Of a stretch of 32,055 nt of DNA, positions 9,281 through 18,022 are shown one piece after another (position 1 is the first letter of the stretch; every line of letters starts with the position of its first letter). The stretch lies in IMG/VR virus record IMGVR_UViG_3300025875_000787, positions 1-32,055 of that record. One strand, given 5' to 3'. The position numbers and the translations under genes were made by a program. The stretch comes from a virus. Its lineage: Duplodnaviria; Caudoviricetes. The notes below the pieces were generated by a model that saw only the letters and a list, made by a program, of their open reading frames with translations, was not told the DNA's origin and ran no database searches.

Positions 9281-9840
9281 CAGTCGCGCCCGAACGCCTT
9301 GTCCAGGCGCCGCTCGTCGTCCTCGGTGAGCTGGGCGCCGCCACCGCGGAACCGCTCGTCGAGGGTGTAGGAGCGGCCCAGGATGGTCTCCGACCGCAGG
9401 CCGGGGAACTCGACGAGCAAGGCCCGGACGACGGCGTCGCAGACGATGCCTCGGGCCAGCTCGCGTCCCCACTCGCCGTCGTGCAGGCCGTGGGAGTAGG
9501 TGACGGTGACCGGCCCGTCCCACGGCATCGGGTCCAGCTTGCGGAGCTCCTCGCCACCGTTCCAGTACCACCGGCTGACCGGGAGGCCGGCCACCGCGGT
9601 GACGTCCTCGATCGGCCGCTGCGGCAGCTGCAGCGTGCGGCCCCGGGCGACCAGCTGGACGACGTCGTCCTCGACGTAGCTGATCAGCTGGCCTTGGGCG
9701 GCCGCCCGGGCGCGCTGCGAGGCGTCGTCGAGCCATCCCCCGGCCTGCGTCTGCTGCTCGTCGGTGAGGACGCCGGTGACGAACCGGGCGGCGACGTCGT
9801 CCAGCCCGGCCAACGGCGCCACCGGCCGGACGTCGGGCAC
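9280..9840 (-). CDS. Head-to-tail adaptor
   Basis: Motifs LDDASQRAR, LPQRPI, VTYSHG, SETILGRSYT, LTEDDERRL. Confidence 0.8.
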   Translation of the reverse strand: MPDVRPVAPLAGLDDVAARFVTGVLTDEQQTQAGGWLDDASQRARAAAQGQLISYVEDDVVQLVARGRTLQLPQRPIEDVTAVAGLPVSRWYWNGGEELRKLDPMPWDGPVTVTYSHGLHDGEWGRELARGIVCDAVVRALLVEFPGLRSETILGRSYTLDERFRGGGAQLTEDDERRLDKAFGRD

Positions 9841-9844
9841 CGGA

Positions 9845-10528
9845 TCAGGCCTCGGCGGGCGGGGCGTACTCGGCGATCAGCTCGGCCCGGGTGGCGTTGC
9901 TGATGCCGTCCAGCAGCGGCTGGGGGAGGGCGGCGTCGCCGCCGGCCTTGTCCTGCTCGACCTGCCGCGCCCACGCCTTCCAGTCGTCGGCGCTGGCATT
10001 GCGCGCGGGCGCGTCCGTGAGGCGCTCAGCGCCGTCCTCGGCGGCCGCGGAGCCCTCCTCGGTGACGGCGGTGTCCAGCTCGCCGGCCAGGGCGGCCTGG
10101 ACGTGCTCGGCCTCGCCTTCCTGCTGTACGTCGGGGTCGGTGGAGACCGGGCCCGGACGGACGTCGCCGGGGCCCGCGCCGTGCACCTGGGTGGAGAAGA
10201 CCTCGGGGCCGTGCGGGTCGGCCTGGCCGGCGTTGACCGGCGGCATGAAGTCCTCCGGCTTGGGGTCGACGGCGGCGTCGCGCAGCGGGCTGCCGACCTG
10301 GGCGGCGGGGACGTCGCGGGCGTCGACGGGCGGCTTGGCGGCCGCCTTGGCCCGGCGGCGGGCCGGCGGCTCGGTGTCGCTGTCGCCGATGCCGTAGCCG
10401 GCGTCGCGGCAGTAGTTGATGACCGCGTCGTTGTCGGTCTCGGCGACGCCGTCGCTGAACACCAGGCCGCCGACGCCGACGCCGGAGTACTCCGCGTTCG
10501 GGGCGGTGATCTTCGTCTTCTTGGCCAT
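9845..10528 (-). CDS. Capsid-associated hypothetical protein
   Basis: ATG 10528 with AGGAG RBS (MAKKTKITAP), directly after the capsid gene. C-terminal PARNASADDWKAWA..TRAELI helical motif. Confidence 0.7.
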   Translation of the reverse strand: MAKKTKITAPNAEYSGVGVGGLVFSDGVAETDNDAVINYCRDAGYGIGDSDTEPPARRRAKAAAKPPVDARDVPAAQVGSPLRDAAVDPKPEDFMPPVNAGQADPHGPEVFSTQVHGAGPGDVRPGPVSTDPDVQQEGEAEHVQAALAGELDTAVTEEGSAAAEDGAERLTDAPARNASADDWKAWARQVEQDKAGGDAALPQPLLDGISNATRAELIAEYAPPAEA

Positions 10529-10576
10529 GTTGCGGCTCTCCTGTCGGGCCTGCGGGCTGGGGGATGGGTTGCTGTG

Positions 10577-10620
10577 CCGGTCGGGGCCCGGTGCACTCCC
10601 GGACCTCGGGCCCCGACCGG
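10577..10620 (-). terminator. Stem-loop immediately after the major capsid gene
   Basis: Perfect 14-bp inverted repeat CCGGTCGGGGCCCG / CGGGCCCCGACCGG, 3 nt after the capsid stop. Confidence 0.65.
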
Positions 10621-10623
10621 GGC

Positions 10624-11607
10624 TCAGCGGACGCGGATGTTGCGGAAGACGCCGGCGGCCTTGGTGCGCTTGAGCACCACGGCGGCCGGGCCGAGCTCGG
10701 CCTCGCCGGTCTTCACCGCGCCGGAGGTGGTGAAGTCCGGCAGCCAGCTGCTGATCAGCGGCTGCCCGTCGCCCATGGACACCCCGTGGAACGCGTCGAG
10801 GCCGAAGCGCACCGCGTAGATGTCGGTGTAGGTGCCGGCGACGGTGGCCACGGTCTTGTTCGTGGAGGGGATGACCAGCTGGCTGGAGCCGGCCTTCTCC
10901 TCGAGGTCGACCATGGCGATGCCGCGGTAGGTCTCCACGGCGGTGCCGAACGCGGTCTGCGAGCGGTCGTAGAAGCCGGCCCGGCGAGCGAGGGACCGGA
11001 TGCGGGCCAGCCCGTCGGTGTTGCCCAGGATCGCGTCGGGGGTGCCGTCCAGCAGGGACAGCCACTCGTCGAGGGCGTCCAGGGCGTCGTTGGCCTTGCC
11101 GGCGTCGGCGCCCAGGGCGGAGCCGCGCCAGTCGGTGGACGTCGTCGCGCCGTACTCGGTGATCGAGCCGGTGAGGGACTTGGACAGCCCGTCGAAGCCG
11201 TTGGCGTCGACGGCGACGTCGCCGTTGATGACCTCGTCGTTGAACCGGGCGCTGGAGGCCTGGATGAGGTTGGTCATCTGCAGCGCGGTCTCCGCGGCCC
11301 GGGCGAGCCGGTTGAGTACGCGGTCGATCTGGAAGCTGCCGCCGATCGGCTTCAGGTCGACGGAGAACCGCTGCTTGGTGACCTCCTGCGGCGTGTACTC
11401 GCTGTTGATCGCGCGGGGCGCGGCGGAGCGCTGCGTGATCTGGCGGGTGTAGCCGTAGGTGAGCGTGGCACCGTTGCCGGCGCCGGAGACGACGTCGTCG
11501 AAGGTGAGGTTCTGCAGCAGGAAGTTGTTCTTCGCGAACTCGTTGATCACGTTCACGTCGAGCGCGTCGGTGGTGTTGAGCTTCGCCTGGGCGAGGGTCA
11601 CGGGCAT
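10624..11607 (-). CDS. Major capsid protein (HK97 fold)
   Basis: 327 aa after the scaffold gene, with MPVTLAQAK, RAINSEY, INGD...FDGL and DIYAVRFG motifs. Confidence 0.93.
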   Translation of the reverse strand: MPVTLAQAKLNTTDALDVNVINEFAKNNFLLQNLTFDDVVSGAGNGATLTYGYTRQITQRSAAPRAINSEYTPQEVTKQRFSVDLKPIGGSFQIDRVLNRLARAAETALQMTNLIQASSARFNDEVINGDVAVDANGFDGLSKSLTGSITEYGATTSTDWRGSALGADAGKANDALDALDEWLSLLDGTPDAILGNTDGLARIRSLARRAGFYDRSQTAFGTAVETYRGIAMVDLEEKAGSSQLVIPSTNKTVATVAGTYTDIYAVRFGLDAFHGVSMGDGQPLISSWLPDFTTSGAVKTGEAELGPAAVVLKRTKAAGVFRNIRVR

Positions 11608-11665
11608 GACGGGTGGGCCTCTTCTCTCGGGGTCGACCTCGCCGCCGGCGGCGTGAGGTGCTGGA

Positions 11666-12628
11666 TCAGTTGCTGCGTCGTCGGGAACTGCTGCGGCCGC
11701 CGCGGCGGCTGTCCTGGCTCATCCGCTCGGCGACGGCGTCGGCGAGGGTGGCGGGCTGCTTGGCCCTGCCCTCGCGGCCGCGGGCGCCGCCGTCGGCGCT
11801 GCCGCGGAACTTGCTGCCGCGGCGGCGGTCACCGCGGTCGGAGCGGCGACCGTCGCGGTCGTCGTCGTCCTGGTCCTCGTCCTCGTCGTCGTCGCGGCGG
11901 CGTCGGGCGGAGCGGGCCAGGCCCGGGTTCTCCTCGAGGAGTTCGTCGATCGCGTCGTCGAGCTCCTCCTGGTCGATGTCGCCGTGCTCGTCGAGCTCGA
12001 AGTCGTCGAGGTCCAGCAGACGGCCGGCCACCTTGGGGTTGGCCAGTCGGCCGGCGGCGCCGGCGATGACCGCTGCCTTGATCAGCTTGCGGTCGGTCTC
12101 GGCCTGCACCTCGCGGCGGATCTCCTCGCGGAGCTCGTCCTGGTCCGGCTCGTCGTCCCGGTCGTCCCGGTCACCGCGGCGGTCCTCGCGGTCGCCGCGG
12201 CGGGCGTCGTCCCGGCGGCTGGTGCGGTCCCGTCGGTCGCGGGTGCTGCGGCCCTCGCGGCCGCGCTGGCTGGCGTCCCGGTCCCGCTGACGCCTGGTGG
12301 ACCGGCCGGGCGGGGCCTGCTGCTGGCGCAGGGTCTTGATCTGGGCCCGCAGCTTCTTGTTCTTCGCCCGCTCGGCCTGCAGTGCCTTGGTACCGCCGGC
12401 GCCGAGCTCCTGGTCGTCGTCGTCCTCGTCGTCCTGGTCGTCGTCCTGGTCGTCGTCCTGGTCGTCGTCCTGGTCGTCGTCGTCCTGGTCGTCGTCGTCC
12501 TCGGCTCCGCCCAGGATCGGCCACAGCGGCCGCCCGTCAGGGCGGAGTCCGACCGCGCGCAGCGGCAGCCCGCTCAGGGGGTGCAGCAGCGTGGGGTGAA
12601 GGGGCAGGGCGTCGTCGTGCTCGAGCAT
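11666..12628 (-). CDS. Capsid scaffolding protein
   Basis: Precedes the capsid gene. Acidic tract, GTKALQAER coiled coil, LANP..LLDL and GSADGG motifs. Confidence 0.85.
   Translation of the reverse strand: MLEHDDALPLHPTLLHPLSGLPLRAVGLRPDGRPLWPILGGAEDDDDQDDDDQDDDQDDDQDDDQDDEDDDDQELGAGGTKALQAERAKNKKLRAQIKTLRQQQAPPGRSTRRQRDRDASQRGREGRSTRDRRDRTSRRDDARRGDREDRRGDRDDRDDEPDQDELREEIRREVQAETDRKLIKAAVIAGAAGRLANPKVAGRLLDLDDFELDEHGDIDQEELDDAIDELLEENPGLARSARRRRDDDEDEDQDDDDRDGRRSDRGDRRRGSKFRGSADGGARGREGRAKQPATLADAVAERMSQDSRRGGRSSSRRRSN
12410..12500 (-). repeat. Tandem 12/15-bp repeat encoding (D3-4Q)n in the scaffold
   Basis: Repeated CTGGTCGTCGTC units on the + strand; protein reads EDDDDQDDDDQDDDQDDDQDDDQDDEDDDDQ. 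Confidence 0.9.
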
Positions 12629-12669
12629 CGCGCTCTCCAGATGGGGTGATGGCCCGGCGTCGCGCCGGG

Positions 12670-13722
12670 TCAGTGGATGTAGCCGTTGCGCTGCAGCAGC
12701 CGGACGGCCTCGTCGCGGTCGTTGCCGGCGATCTGGAAGATCGACTGCGGCAGCAGGCGCGGTGCGGTCGCGCGCCGGTACCGGTCGCCGGGGCGGCGGC
12801 CGGTTGCCTGACGGGCGCCGAGCCGGACTCCGGCCAGGCCCCGCGTGGTGGTGCCCTCGGTTGTCACGTAGAGGTCGCGTCCACTGATCTGCACCGGTGT
12901 GACGCGGCCGCGGCCGCGGCCGTTCTGGGCGAGGAGTCGCTCCTCGGCGGTGAGCCGGCCCCCGGGTGGGGCCATGCCGGCGGCACCGCGGCGGGCGTTG
13001 ACCAGCTGACCGACGTCGGCCCCCATCGCGAGGGCCTTCTGGTCAGCGTCGGAGAACCCGCCCTTGCGCAGCTGGGCCGGGGTCATCTGGGCGACCAGGC
13101 GCTCCGGGGTGTTGCCCCGGTTGTCGTTGCGCCACTGGTCGCGGGTGACCGCGCGGTGCTGGCAGTCGCACCCTGGATGCCGCAGGAACCCGGCGTTCCA
13201 GGGGTAGAGCCTCCCGGCCAGCGATACGCACCGGGCGCAGGCTGGTGGGACGACGATGCGCTCGTAGCCGACGATCGCCGGGGTAGCGGTGATCGCGGCC
13301 TGAGCAGCTGTCCGGGCGGTGTCGGCCACCTCGGTGCGGATGATGCGGACCAGCTGCAGCTGGCCGGCGCGCATGGCCCGTGCTGGTGGCAGGCCTTGCC
13401 CGATCCGCTGCAGGGTGGTCCGCACCGGCAGCTCGAGGAGCGTGTCCAGGCCGCGGCCGTCGGCGGCCAGCCCGGCGAAGGCGTCGGGCAGCAGGCTGGC
13501 CGGCGCCTCACCGGCCATCGCCGGCGCCGTCGCCGCAGTGGCGGCCGCCTCGGTCTGAGCGTCGACGAGCTGGGTGAGGAGCACCGGGACGGCGGCCCGC
13601 CAGCTGGCGTTGATCGAGCCGGTGTCGATGGTCGACCAGGCCTTGGAGGCGCGCGCGGCCGCACGGCGTGCGAGGCGCGCCTGCCGTTGGTAGTAGGCGC
13701 GGCGGTCGAGGACCTCGGCCAC
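12670..13722 (-). CDS. Minor head protein (MuF/VG15-like)
   Basis: Between portal and scaffold. GYERIV..ACARCVSLAG..FLRHPGCDC Zn motif and RLLPQSI C-terminus. Confidence 0.8.
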   Translation of the reverse strand: MAEVLDRRAYYQRQARLARRAAARASKAWSTIDTGSINASWRAAVPVLLTQLVDAQTEAAATAATAPAMAGEAPASLLPDAFAGLAADGRGLDTLLELPVRTTLQRIGQGLPPARAMRAGQLQLVRIIRTEVADTARTAAQAAITATPAIVGYERIVVPPACARCVSLAGRLYPWNAGFLRHPGCDCQHRAVTRDQWRNDNRGNTPERLVAQMTPAQLRKGGFSDADQKALAMGADVGQLVNARRGAAGMAPPGGRLTAEERLLAQNGRGRGRVTPVQISGRDLYVTTEGTTTRGLAGVRLGARQATGRRPGDRYRRATAPRLLPQSIFQIAGNDRDEAVRLLQRNGYIH

Positions 13723-13724
13723 GG

Positions 13725-15272
13725 TCAGTCGACCGGGTCGACGTCGGTGTCCTCCGGCTCGTCTTCCTCGCCGTCGGCGACGTCGGTGGGCTTGTCCGCC
13801 AGCCCCAGGCCCGCTGCGTCCATCTCGGCGTCCTGGCGGCGCATCTCGATCATGCGCTCGATCTGGGCCGGCGTGTAGCCGGCGTCCTCCATGCGCTGCC
13901 GCCAGGGGACGCCGGCCTCCTTCTTCTTCACCATGGCGTCGACCCGGGAGGCCTCGGTGCGGTGCTCGACGTCCCGCCAGATCGTCTCGGCGGTGTAGAC
14001 GTCCGCCCGGGGGTCATCGAGGCAGGCGAAGGCCAGGCGCATGACCTCCTCGAAGGCGTTGCCGAGCACATCGGTCTTGTCCCGGCACTTGGCCACCAGG
14101 CCGGCCTCGGAGACGGTGAGTGCGTCGCCCGAGGCGTTGACCATCTTGGCGAGCATGTAGTGCGGTGGCGTGTGGGTGAGAGCGGCGATGTGCTGGATCA
14201 GCAGGTCGATGCCCACGACGAAGTTGCTGAGGTCGGCTGCGTCGAAGTTGCCGAACTTGGCGTCCTTGTTGCGGGAGCGCACCAGCTTGGACAGGGCCAC
14301 CCGCCACAGCTCGGGGTCCTTGATCTCCTGCCCGGTGCGCGGGTCGCGGGGCGCGTCCAGCCCGGTGGCCCAGCGGGCCGGGAACGCCGCGCCTTCCGAG
14401 GTGACCATCAGGTCGGCGACCAGCTTGTTCACCGCGCCCTGCAGGGGGATGACCTGGTCGTGCTCGGCGGTGGGCTTCTTGCGGAGCCGTGGCCGGTTGG
14501 ACAGCTCGACGATCGGTACCTTGCCCAGCGGGTTCTCGACGATGTCTTGGGACTGGTCGCCGGTGCGGGGTTCCCAGGCGGTGGCCATCGTGACCCCGAC
14601 CGAGCCGCGGGCGCTCTGGGGTACCCACAACATGGTCGAGGGGCCGCTGGTGGACGTCGTGACCGCGATCTGGGAGCCCCGCCGGCGCTTGAGCTTGTAC
14701 AGGTAGTCCGGCGTGTAGACGGTGGCGTGCTCCTGGCCGTCGTCGTCGGTCCACTGCTTCAGCGCGGCCTTGCGCTGCCGGCGGGAGCCGGGCTCGTAGG
14801 CGACGACGACCTCCGAGGCGTCCTCGCCGGTGATGACCGGATGGTCGTCTTCCTCGTCGCCCCAGACGAGCACGAACGATCGCGACTCGGTGATGGAGCC
14901 GAGGATGAGGAGCTGGGCTTCGGCGTCCATGTCGTTGCGCTGCCAGATGTCCATGGCGTCGCGATCGCCGACGCCCGGGTTGGCCGGCTGTCCTTCCTGA
15001 CCGGCTGGCTTGACCGTGCCGTCGCCGAAGCGGAAGCCGATCGGGGCGAGCCGCTCGGAGGGGCTGTCGCAGACCACGCCGCACCAGTTGTCGGCGAACC
15101 CGGCGAACAGGCCGCCGAAGGCCTCCTGGAACTTGTCCGTGGCGAAGGCCAGGTCGTGGTCGCCGTCGTAGTAGTCGCCCCAGCGCTTGATCTTCGGCTG
15201 GCGGCTGTCCAGCTCGGCCTGCAGGCGGGACATGAGCTTGGCGACGCCGGCCTGGTCGAGTGGCTGGGGCAT
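13725..15272 (-). CDS. Portal protein (SPP1 gp6-like)
   Basis: 515 aa after terL, with YYDGDH, NWCGVV, IWQRNDMD, NPLGKVP and FPARWATG motifs. Confidence 0.95.
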   Translation of the reverse strand: MPQPLDQAGVAKLMSRLQAELDSRQPKIKRWGDYYDGDHDLAFATDKFQEAFGGLFAGFADNWCGVVCDSPSERLAPIGFRFGDGTVKPAGQEGQPANPGVGDRDAMDIWQRNDMDAEAQLLILGSITESRSFVLVWGDEEDDHPVITGEDASEVVVAYEPGSRRQRKAALKQWTDDDGQEHATVYTPDYLYKLKRRRGSQIAVTTSTSGPSTMLWVPQSARGSVGVTMATAWEPRTGDQSQDIVENPLGKVPIVELSNRPRLRKKPTAEHDQVIPLQGAVNKLVADLMVTSEGAAFPARWATGLDAPRDPRTGQEIKDPELWRVALSKLVRSRNKDAKFGNFDAADLSNFVVGIDLLIQHIAALTHTPPHYMLAKMVNASGDALTVSEAGLVAKCRDKTDVLGNAFEEVMRLAFACLDDPRADVYTAETIWRDVEHRTEASRVDAMVKKKEAGVPWRQRMEDAGYTPAQIERMIEMRRQDAEMDAAGLGLADKPTDVADGEEDEPEDTDVDPVD

Positions 15273-15290
15273 GGGCTGGACCTCCCCGGG

Positions 15291-16877
15291 TCACTCGAAG
15301 TAGAAGTCGGCTGCTGGCTCCTCCTCCGGCTCTTCAGAGGTCAGGACGTCCATGCCGCAGGCGTAGGCGAGGCTGGTGGCCATCGCGCCGTCGATCTTGC
15401 GGTCCTCGGCGCCGGGCTGGGTGATGACGATGCCGCCGGAGCGCTTCTCGCCCTTGGCCCAGCCCATTTGCAGCTGGACCTCGGGGTCGCCGTCGTGGAT
15501 GACCTCGCCGGCCCGGATCTCGGTGTCGAAGCGCTCGAGCTCGCTGGCCATCTGCCGGGTGCGCCAGGTTTCCCAGGGAACGAACACCTCGTCACCCCAG
15601 CGGCCCTGCCACTCCTTGAGCTCGGTCTGCCAGTACGGCGGGTCGAGGTAGCCGCGGACGACGTCGAAGAAGTCGGTGATGAACTCGAAGGCGGCGTGCA
15701 CCTCGGCGCGCGGGACCTTCCATGCGTCGCGCTGCTCGACCTGGTCGGGCTTCTTCCACCGCATCTTCTGCCCGTCGGGGAAGGTCGGGGTGAACAGGTA
15801 GCGGTCCTGCAGCGCGAACAGCCGGATCCACGTCTCGTCGTTCGACGTCGACCCGTCGAAGCCGAAGCAGACCCGCTCACCACGGCGTACCGGCCGGGGG
15901 AGGGCGGATCGTTCCCAGCCGCGACCGTCGAAGTAGGCGTTCAGCGGCGGGGTGGCGCGGTTGAGGAAGTACCGGACGACCTGCCGCTTGCTGCGCCTCG
16001 GGGACTGGATGTAGTCCGCCATCTTGTCCAGGTCCATGTTCGGCGCGAAGGCCCCGTAGGCGACCTCGAGGCCGGCCAGCAGCGCCGCTCGATCGGTCAG
16101 GTCGGTGGCCGACTCGGGAGCCTCCCGGTGGTCGACCAGTAGCCGCGGCTCAGCGAGCTTCGCCGCCCGGTGGGTCTGCTCGGCGATCGAGTTCTCGCCC
16201 TCGCCGTACATCGTGCTGGCCTGGTTGACCCACGGTTCGGCGGTCTTCCGCTTCATCGTGTTCTGCTGGACGGTGGTGTACATCCCGCGCAGCTCGGGGG
16301 TGACGTAGAGGTGCGTCTCCTCGAAGATCGCGTGCGACTCCTTGCCGCCGTCCTTGGAGGCGTTGGAGCCGGTCGAGGGCCTCACCTCGCCGCCGCCGGG
16401 GACGAAGATGCGGGTCGAGGTCTGCCAGTCGTTCCCGATGTCCACACCGGGGTACTCGTCGGCCACGTCGCCGTGGGCGAGCATGTACGTGATGTTGCGG
16501 TAGCTGGTGTCCGCGGCCTGGTCGGCCTCGGTGGCCATGCACCGGATGAACGGGTAGGTGACCGGCTGCCCGACCGGCTCGCCCTGGGCGTCGAAGCCGG
16601 CGAAACGGACTGGGCCGAGGAGCTCCGCGCAGCCGATCATCGCCAGCAGCTCGGTCTTCGCCCGCCCCTTCGGCGCTGAGAACAGCGCCTCATCGACCAG
16701 CCGGCGACCGTTCTCGTCCAGCGCGTAGCACTTGACGATGTAGGCGACCTGCTCGTCGTCGAGGTGGATCGACCGGCCCTGCACGTCCCCGGGCCCGTGG
16801 ACCAGGTAGCGCTCGATCCAGTCGACGACCTGCCACCCGAGGGTGATCAGCCGGCGGGGCTCAGCCGGCGCGGCCAC
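15291..16877 (-). CDS. terL: Terminase large subunit
   Basis: Walker A PKGRAKT, Walker B IFEETH, and nuclease-domain motifs GFDGS, DPPYW and KIDGAMA. Confidence 0.95.
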   Translation of the reverse strand: MAAPAEPRRLITLGWQVVDWIERYLVHGPGDVQGRSIHLDDEQVAYIVKCYALDENGRRLVDEALFSAPKGRAKTELLAMIGCAELLGPVRFAGFDAQGEPVGQPVTYPFIRCMATEADQAADTSYRNITYMLAHGDVADEYPGVDIGNDWQTSTRIFVPGGGEVRPSTGSNASKDGGKESHAIFEETHLYVTPELRGMYTTVQQNTMKRKTAEPWVNQASTMYGEGENSIAEQTHRAAKLAEPRLLVDHREAPESATDLTDRAALLAGLEVAYGAFAPNMDLDKMADYIQSPRRSKRQVVRYFLNRATPPLNAYFDGRGWERSALPRPVRRGERVCFGFDGSTSNDETWIRLFALQDRYLFTPTFPDGQKMRWKKPDQVEQRDAWKVPRAEVHAAFEFITDFFDVVRGYLDPPYWQTELKEWQGRWGDEVFVPWETWRTRQMASELERFDTEIRAGEVIHDGDPEVQLQMGWAKGEKRSGGIVITQPGAEDRKIDGAMATSLAYACGMDVLTSEEPEEEPAADFYFE

Positions 16878-17355
16878 CCGGCAGCACGGTCAGGCTGGCC
16901 TCGACCCGGCTGCGCCGGTCCTCCGAGGACTTGGTGACCCCGCGTGTCGGGACGGTCGGCGGACTGGTGAGGTCCAGCGCCTGGCCGTCGACGACCCAGA
17001 ACAGCCGTCGCATCGCCAGCGGGTTGAGCCCCAGCCGGTCCTCGAGGTGCCGGCACTCCTGTGCCCGCGGCAGGTCGTCGTCGTACTCAGCGCGCACCAG
17101 CAGCCGCGTGTAGCGGGCGAGGAGCCGGCGGTATCCGGTGGTCGCCCACTGGACGGCCTGCGGCAGGTGCCACAGCTCCTCCCACACCTGGCGCTCGGCC
17201 TCGGCGACGTCCTCCTCCTTGGACACCTTCAGCGGCCACAGCGGCGCCGGTGCCTCCCGCCCAGCCGCCGGCAGCAGCACGGTGTTCGGCCGGTCCTGGT
17301 TCCGCCGTCGGACGCTCTCCTTCGGCGGCGGCCCAGAGGCGATGTTCGTGCGCAC
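16861..17355 (-). CDS. terS: Terminase small subunit
   Basis: GTG 17355 after an AAGGAGG RBS. GPPPK..RRRN, W..LW..PQA..W and EDRLGLNP.AMRRL motifs; overlaps terL. Confidence 0.85.
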   Translation of the reverse strand: MRTNIASGPPPKESVRRRNQDRPNTVLLPAAGREAPAPLWPLKVSKEEDVAEAERQVWEELWHLPQAVQWATTGYRRLLARYTRLLVRAEYDDDLPRAQECRHLEDRLGLNPLAMRRLFWVVDGQALDLTSPPTVPTRGVTKSSEDRRSRVEASLTVLPGGRAG

Positions 17356-17404
17356 GGGGCGCCTCCTTCCGCGGCATCGCGCCGCACTGGGCTCGGGAGG
17401 GGGG

Positions 17405-17433
17405 TTGTCAGACCGGCGTGCCATCGTGTCGGG
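17405..17433 (+). promoter_or_regulatory. Putative PafBC (RecA-NDp)-type leaderless promoter
   Basis: tTGTCAG-N10-CATCGT-N6-ATG, compared with consensus TGTCRG-N10-TANNNT. No Shine-Dalgarno before ATG 17434. Confidence 0.6.
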
Positions 17434-18009
17434 ATGCGACTCTTCGACGGCAGGTCACTCGAGTACGACTTCCACAGCAAGCTGACGCAGGTCGAGGCGA
17501 GGCTGGCCACTGCCGACGAGGCGACGCTGTCCGACCCGGCGCAGGTGACGGAGTTGATCGACAAGCTCGCGGACGCCGAGGTGGCGACCCTTGACCGCGC
17601 GAAGGCGGCGTTCCCGCTGGAGACCAAGGCGGCCGAGACGATCGTCCGGGTGGTCATCCCGTTCTCCGGCAGCGGCGCCTACTTCGAGTCCATCCTGTCC
17701 AACAGCGGCGCGCGCCGGGCAGGCCCTGCACTTCACGGTGAGGTGCAGCCGACCAGCCGCATGGACCGGAACCAGGAGAAGCGGCTGATCCTGACCAAGC
17801 ACTTCGCGGCTGGGACCAGTCCGGAGGACGTCAAGGTCTGGGCGAAGCAGCAGGTCGACGCCATCGAGACGGAGCTGGACAAGCTGCGACCAGCGGTGGC
17901 GGGGCACGTCGATGCGCTGCGGGCAAGGGCTGAGGCGTTCGCCGGCGAACGGCTCACGGCTCTGCGGACCGAGCGACTGCTCCGGGATGGCCTCGGCGAG
18001 GGCATCTGA
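17434..18009 (+). CDS. Moron: 191-aa hypothetical protein inserted antisense just upstream of terS
   Basis: MRLFDGRSLEYDF... has natural amino-acid composition and high GC3, with a beta-rich middle and a C-terminal helical coiled coil. Confidence 0.85.
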   Translation: MRLFDGRSLEYDFHSKLTQVEARLATADEATLSDPAQVTELIDKLADAEVATLDRAKAAFPLETKAAETIVRVVIPFSGSGAYFESILSNSGARRAGPALHGEVQPTSRMDRNQEKRLILTKHFAAGTSPEDVKVWAKQQVDAIETELDKLRPAVAGHVDALRARAEAFAGERLTALRTERLLRDGLGEGI

Positions 18010-18022
18010 TCGTCGATCCGCA

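Noticed and set aside
12410-12500. Tandem repeats as a CRISPR array
   Set aside because: There are no spacers; these are in-frame coding repeats for Asp/Gln.
12670-13722. MuF-fused polymorphic toxin
   Set aside because: No C-terminal toxin extension and no downstream immunity gene; the scaffold follows directly.
727-16142. Long + strand ORFs (e.g. 727-2148, 3200-5257, 13668-16142) and Arg/Pro-rich alternative-frame ORFs
   Set aside because: These are shadow ORFs of real minus-strand genes in high-GC DNA, with no recognisable motifs.
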